Shown here: positions 27,999 to 29,207 of the stretch, piece by piece | How the letters are laid out: the number at the start of each line of letters is the position of its first letter | How positions within the stretch are numbered: position 1 is the first letter of the stretch | Virus record (IMG/VR): IMGVR_UViG_3300022178_004108 | Coordinates: 1 to 29,207 of that record | Length of the DNA: 29,207 nucleotides | Direction: 5' to 3' (one strand) | From: a virus | Taxonomy: Duplodnaviria > Caudoviricetes | Notes under the pieces: model-generated | Told to the model about the DNA's origin: nothing | The model's database searches: none | Seen by the model: only the letters and a program-made list of their open reading frames with translations | Position numbers and translations under genes: made by a program

Positions 27999-28542
27999 AT
28001 TTAATTGTAATTGAATTGGTGGGTACCCGATATACTCTTTGTGAATTAATAACAAATTCGTATTCTGCCCCAGGCTTAAAGCCAATTAAGTCTCCATCTT
28101 CCACCGTGTGTAAGTCTGGATCTTTCGCATACAAAACGCCAACTCCTTCTTTTTCAAAATTAGTTGAAAACATTTTATTTTCTTTTATAGGCTTTACAAA
28201 ATTAAAACCTTTACAAGCCATCCATCCGCAACATCTTCTGTAAGCATACACTTGATCCTCACTTGCAAAATAAATATTATCTTTATAATATGACTTGCTA
28301 TTTTTCTCCTGACCCCTAATGTCTTTAAAACGTCTAAAAACATTATGGTGTACTATTATTTCGTCACCTACTTCAATCTCAGTTTCTATTTCTGAAGGAA
28401 CTGCTATAACCTTAGCTACTCTATTCGAATAATTGTGATTATGTAATTCTGTATTTAAAATAAGCTCTGAATCTTCTATTGATTTTTTATTATTATACCT
28501 ATCCCCCACGGGCTCTATAATAAAGTCAAATAAAGCTTTCAT
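27943..28542 (-). CDS. Co-chaperonin GroES-like protein with two tandem GroES-like domains
   Basis: Half 1: FIIEP..ILNT..AKVIAVP..IEVGDEIIV. Half 2: NFVKP..GVL..VEDGDLIGF..AEYEFVINSQRVYRV..SI. Both match the GroES pattern (V.V.P..G.V.AV..V.VGD.V.F....E..I.G..Y.....DI). Confidence 0.65.
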   Translation of the reverse strand: MKALFDFIIEPVGDRYNNKKSIEDSELILNTELHNHNYSNRVAKVIAVPSEIETEIEVGDEIIVHHNVFRRFKDIRGQEKNSKSYYKDNIYFASEDQVYAYRRCCGWMACKGFNFVKPIKENKMFSTNFEKEGVGVLYAKDPDLHTVEDGDLIGFKPGAEYEFVINSQRVYRVPTNSITIKYEYQGNEEEYNPSWTQSS

Positions 28543-28760
28543 TAATATTGCAAATCATATTCAACTGCAATTGCCATGTTTTTATTAAAATCTTTCCAAG
28601 GCAATAACTCATCTCCTTTTTTTATATATATAGAATACTTATTTTCTTCTTCTATTATATTAGCTATAGTATGACCACCATACACTTCCTGTCCAACAGC
28701 GTAGTGCATGGCATCATTTTTATAGTCTCTTCCAATGCTAATCTTCCGTACTAGACTCAT
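28542..28760 (-). CDS. Hypothetical protein (72 aa)
   Basis: Coupled to the GroES-like gene by TAATG; plausible globular beta-rich sequence. Confidence 0.75.
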   Translation of the reverse strand: MSLVRKISIGRDYKNDAMHYAVGQEVYGGHTIANIIEEENKYSIYIKKGDELLPWKDFNKNMAIAVEYDLQY

Positions 28761-28980
28761 CTTCTTTTATATCTCCGGTTGAGATATCTACTGATACTTG
28801 CCCGTAAATATCCTCTAATTTTTTTTGTACTTCAGCTAAAGTTGATTTTGCTGTTTCCATAGAATGCAAAAGCTCGTGCTTCTGAGCTTCTAATCCACCT
28901 ATCTGTAGCTGCAGATTATTCATACCGTTTACGGCTTCTTGCAATTCTTTTAATTCTTCTTGTGTTAACTTTTTTGACAT
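28738..28980 (-). CDS. Small coiled-coil protein (80 aa)
   Basis: Heptad-rich helices followed by YGQVSVDISTGDI; A-rich leader. Confidence 0.75.
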   Translation of the reverse strand: MSKKLTQEELKELQEAVNGMNNLQLQIGGLEAQKHELLHSMETAKSTLAEVQKKLEDIYGQVSVDISTGDIKEDESSTED

Positions 28981-29005
28981 TTTATTTGATTTAATTGTTA
29001 TTACT

Positions 29006-29026
29006 TATATTATTAATTACGTGTTA
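29006..29026 (-). promoter_or_regulatory. Candidate late-promoter motif TAACACGTAATTAATAATATA
   Basis: Intergenic, about 25 nt upstream of the first gene of the packaging/head cluster; matches 9834-9853. Confidence 0.45.
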
Positions 29027-29041
29027 TACATAATAGCTACT

Positions 29042-29206
29042 TTATGGACTGCAGGATCTTTCTAGCTGCCATACCGTGTCCTGTGGGCCTGTAACTCTAA
29101 TGGTAACGAATGGCGATGCTTGATAATCCGTCGTGTCATAAACCCACCAAACTAATTGTTGGTAAGGCGAAACCAAAGGGTTTGCGATTCCGGTATCTTG
29201 AGTGTA
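29042..29206 (-). CDS. 3' end of a fibre/appendage-like gene (...YTQDTGIANPLVSPYQQLVWWVYDTTDYQASPFVTIRVTGPQDTVWQLERSCSP*)
   Basis: Translated by hand; open from the window edge to TAA at 29044-29042. Clearly similar to the C-terminus of the 687-aa protein. Confidence 0.8.
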   Translation of the reverse strand, partial: YTQDTGIANPLVSPYQQLVWWVYDTTDYQASPFVTIRVTGPQDTVWQLERSCSP

Positions 29207-29207
29207 T

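Noticed and set aside
1491-28243. All plus-strand ORFs in the track (e.g. 5110-5796, 10827-11240)
   Set aside because: They are antisense shadows of long minus-strand genes with non-protein-like composition and no leader context.
10190-29206. DGR template/variable repeat pair between 10200-10380 and 29042-29206
   Set aside because: Similarity is at protein level with differences at all bases plus indels, not adenine-specific, and no reverse transcriptase is in the window.
1-29207. Stop-codon reassignment as in some crAss-like phages
   Set aside because: Genes are full-length in code 11; TAG ends the MCP gene before a terminator and TGA ends the amidase.
1-29207. tRNA, CRISPR array, integrase/IS, intron or intein
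   Set aside because: Intergenic gaps are under about 80 nt, no repeat-spacer pattern is visible, and TerL, portal and MCP look uninterrupted.

Overview
A 29.2 kb AT-rich segment of a lytic-looking tailed dsDNA phage. All credible genes are on the minus strand, tightly packed, in genetic code 11. Read right to left, it holds the morphogenesis and lysis region: 3' end of a fibre-like gene, two small hypothetical genes, a tandem GroES-like gene, putative TerS, TerL, portal, acidic scaffold-like protein, major capsid protein, three head/neck proteins, a large tail nozzle/stabilization protein, a fibre-like protein and a small protein, three probable ejection (internal virion) proteins, an unlisted holin-like ORF and an amidase endolysin. 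Gene order, the lack of a tape measure or sheath, and SD-less AT-rich leaders suggest a podovirus of Bacteroidota (probably marine Flavobacteriia), with a crAss-like head/tail gene order; this assignment is inference. The most notable element is the 2370-aa protein. It looks like a modular polyprotein (HExxH zincin peptidase, sigma70-region-2-like segment, PD-(D/E)xK nuclease, HAD phosphatase, helical C-terminal domain) whose modules are separated by five copies of a [LIV]Q[FA]S[KL] motif, possibly self-cleavage sites. Assignments come from motifs and gene context read by eye; no searches were run.
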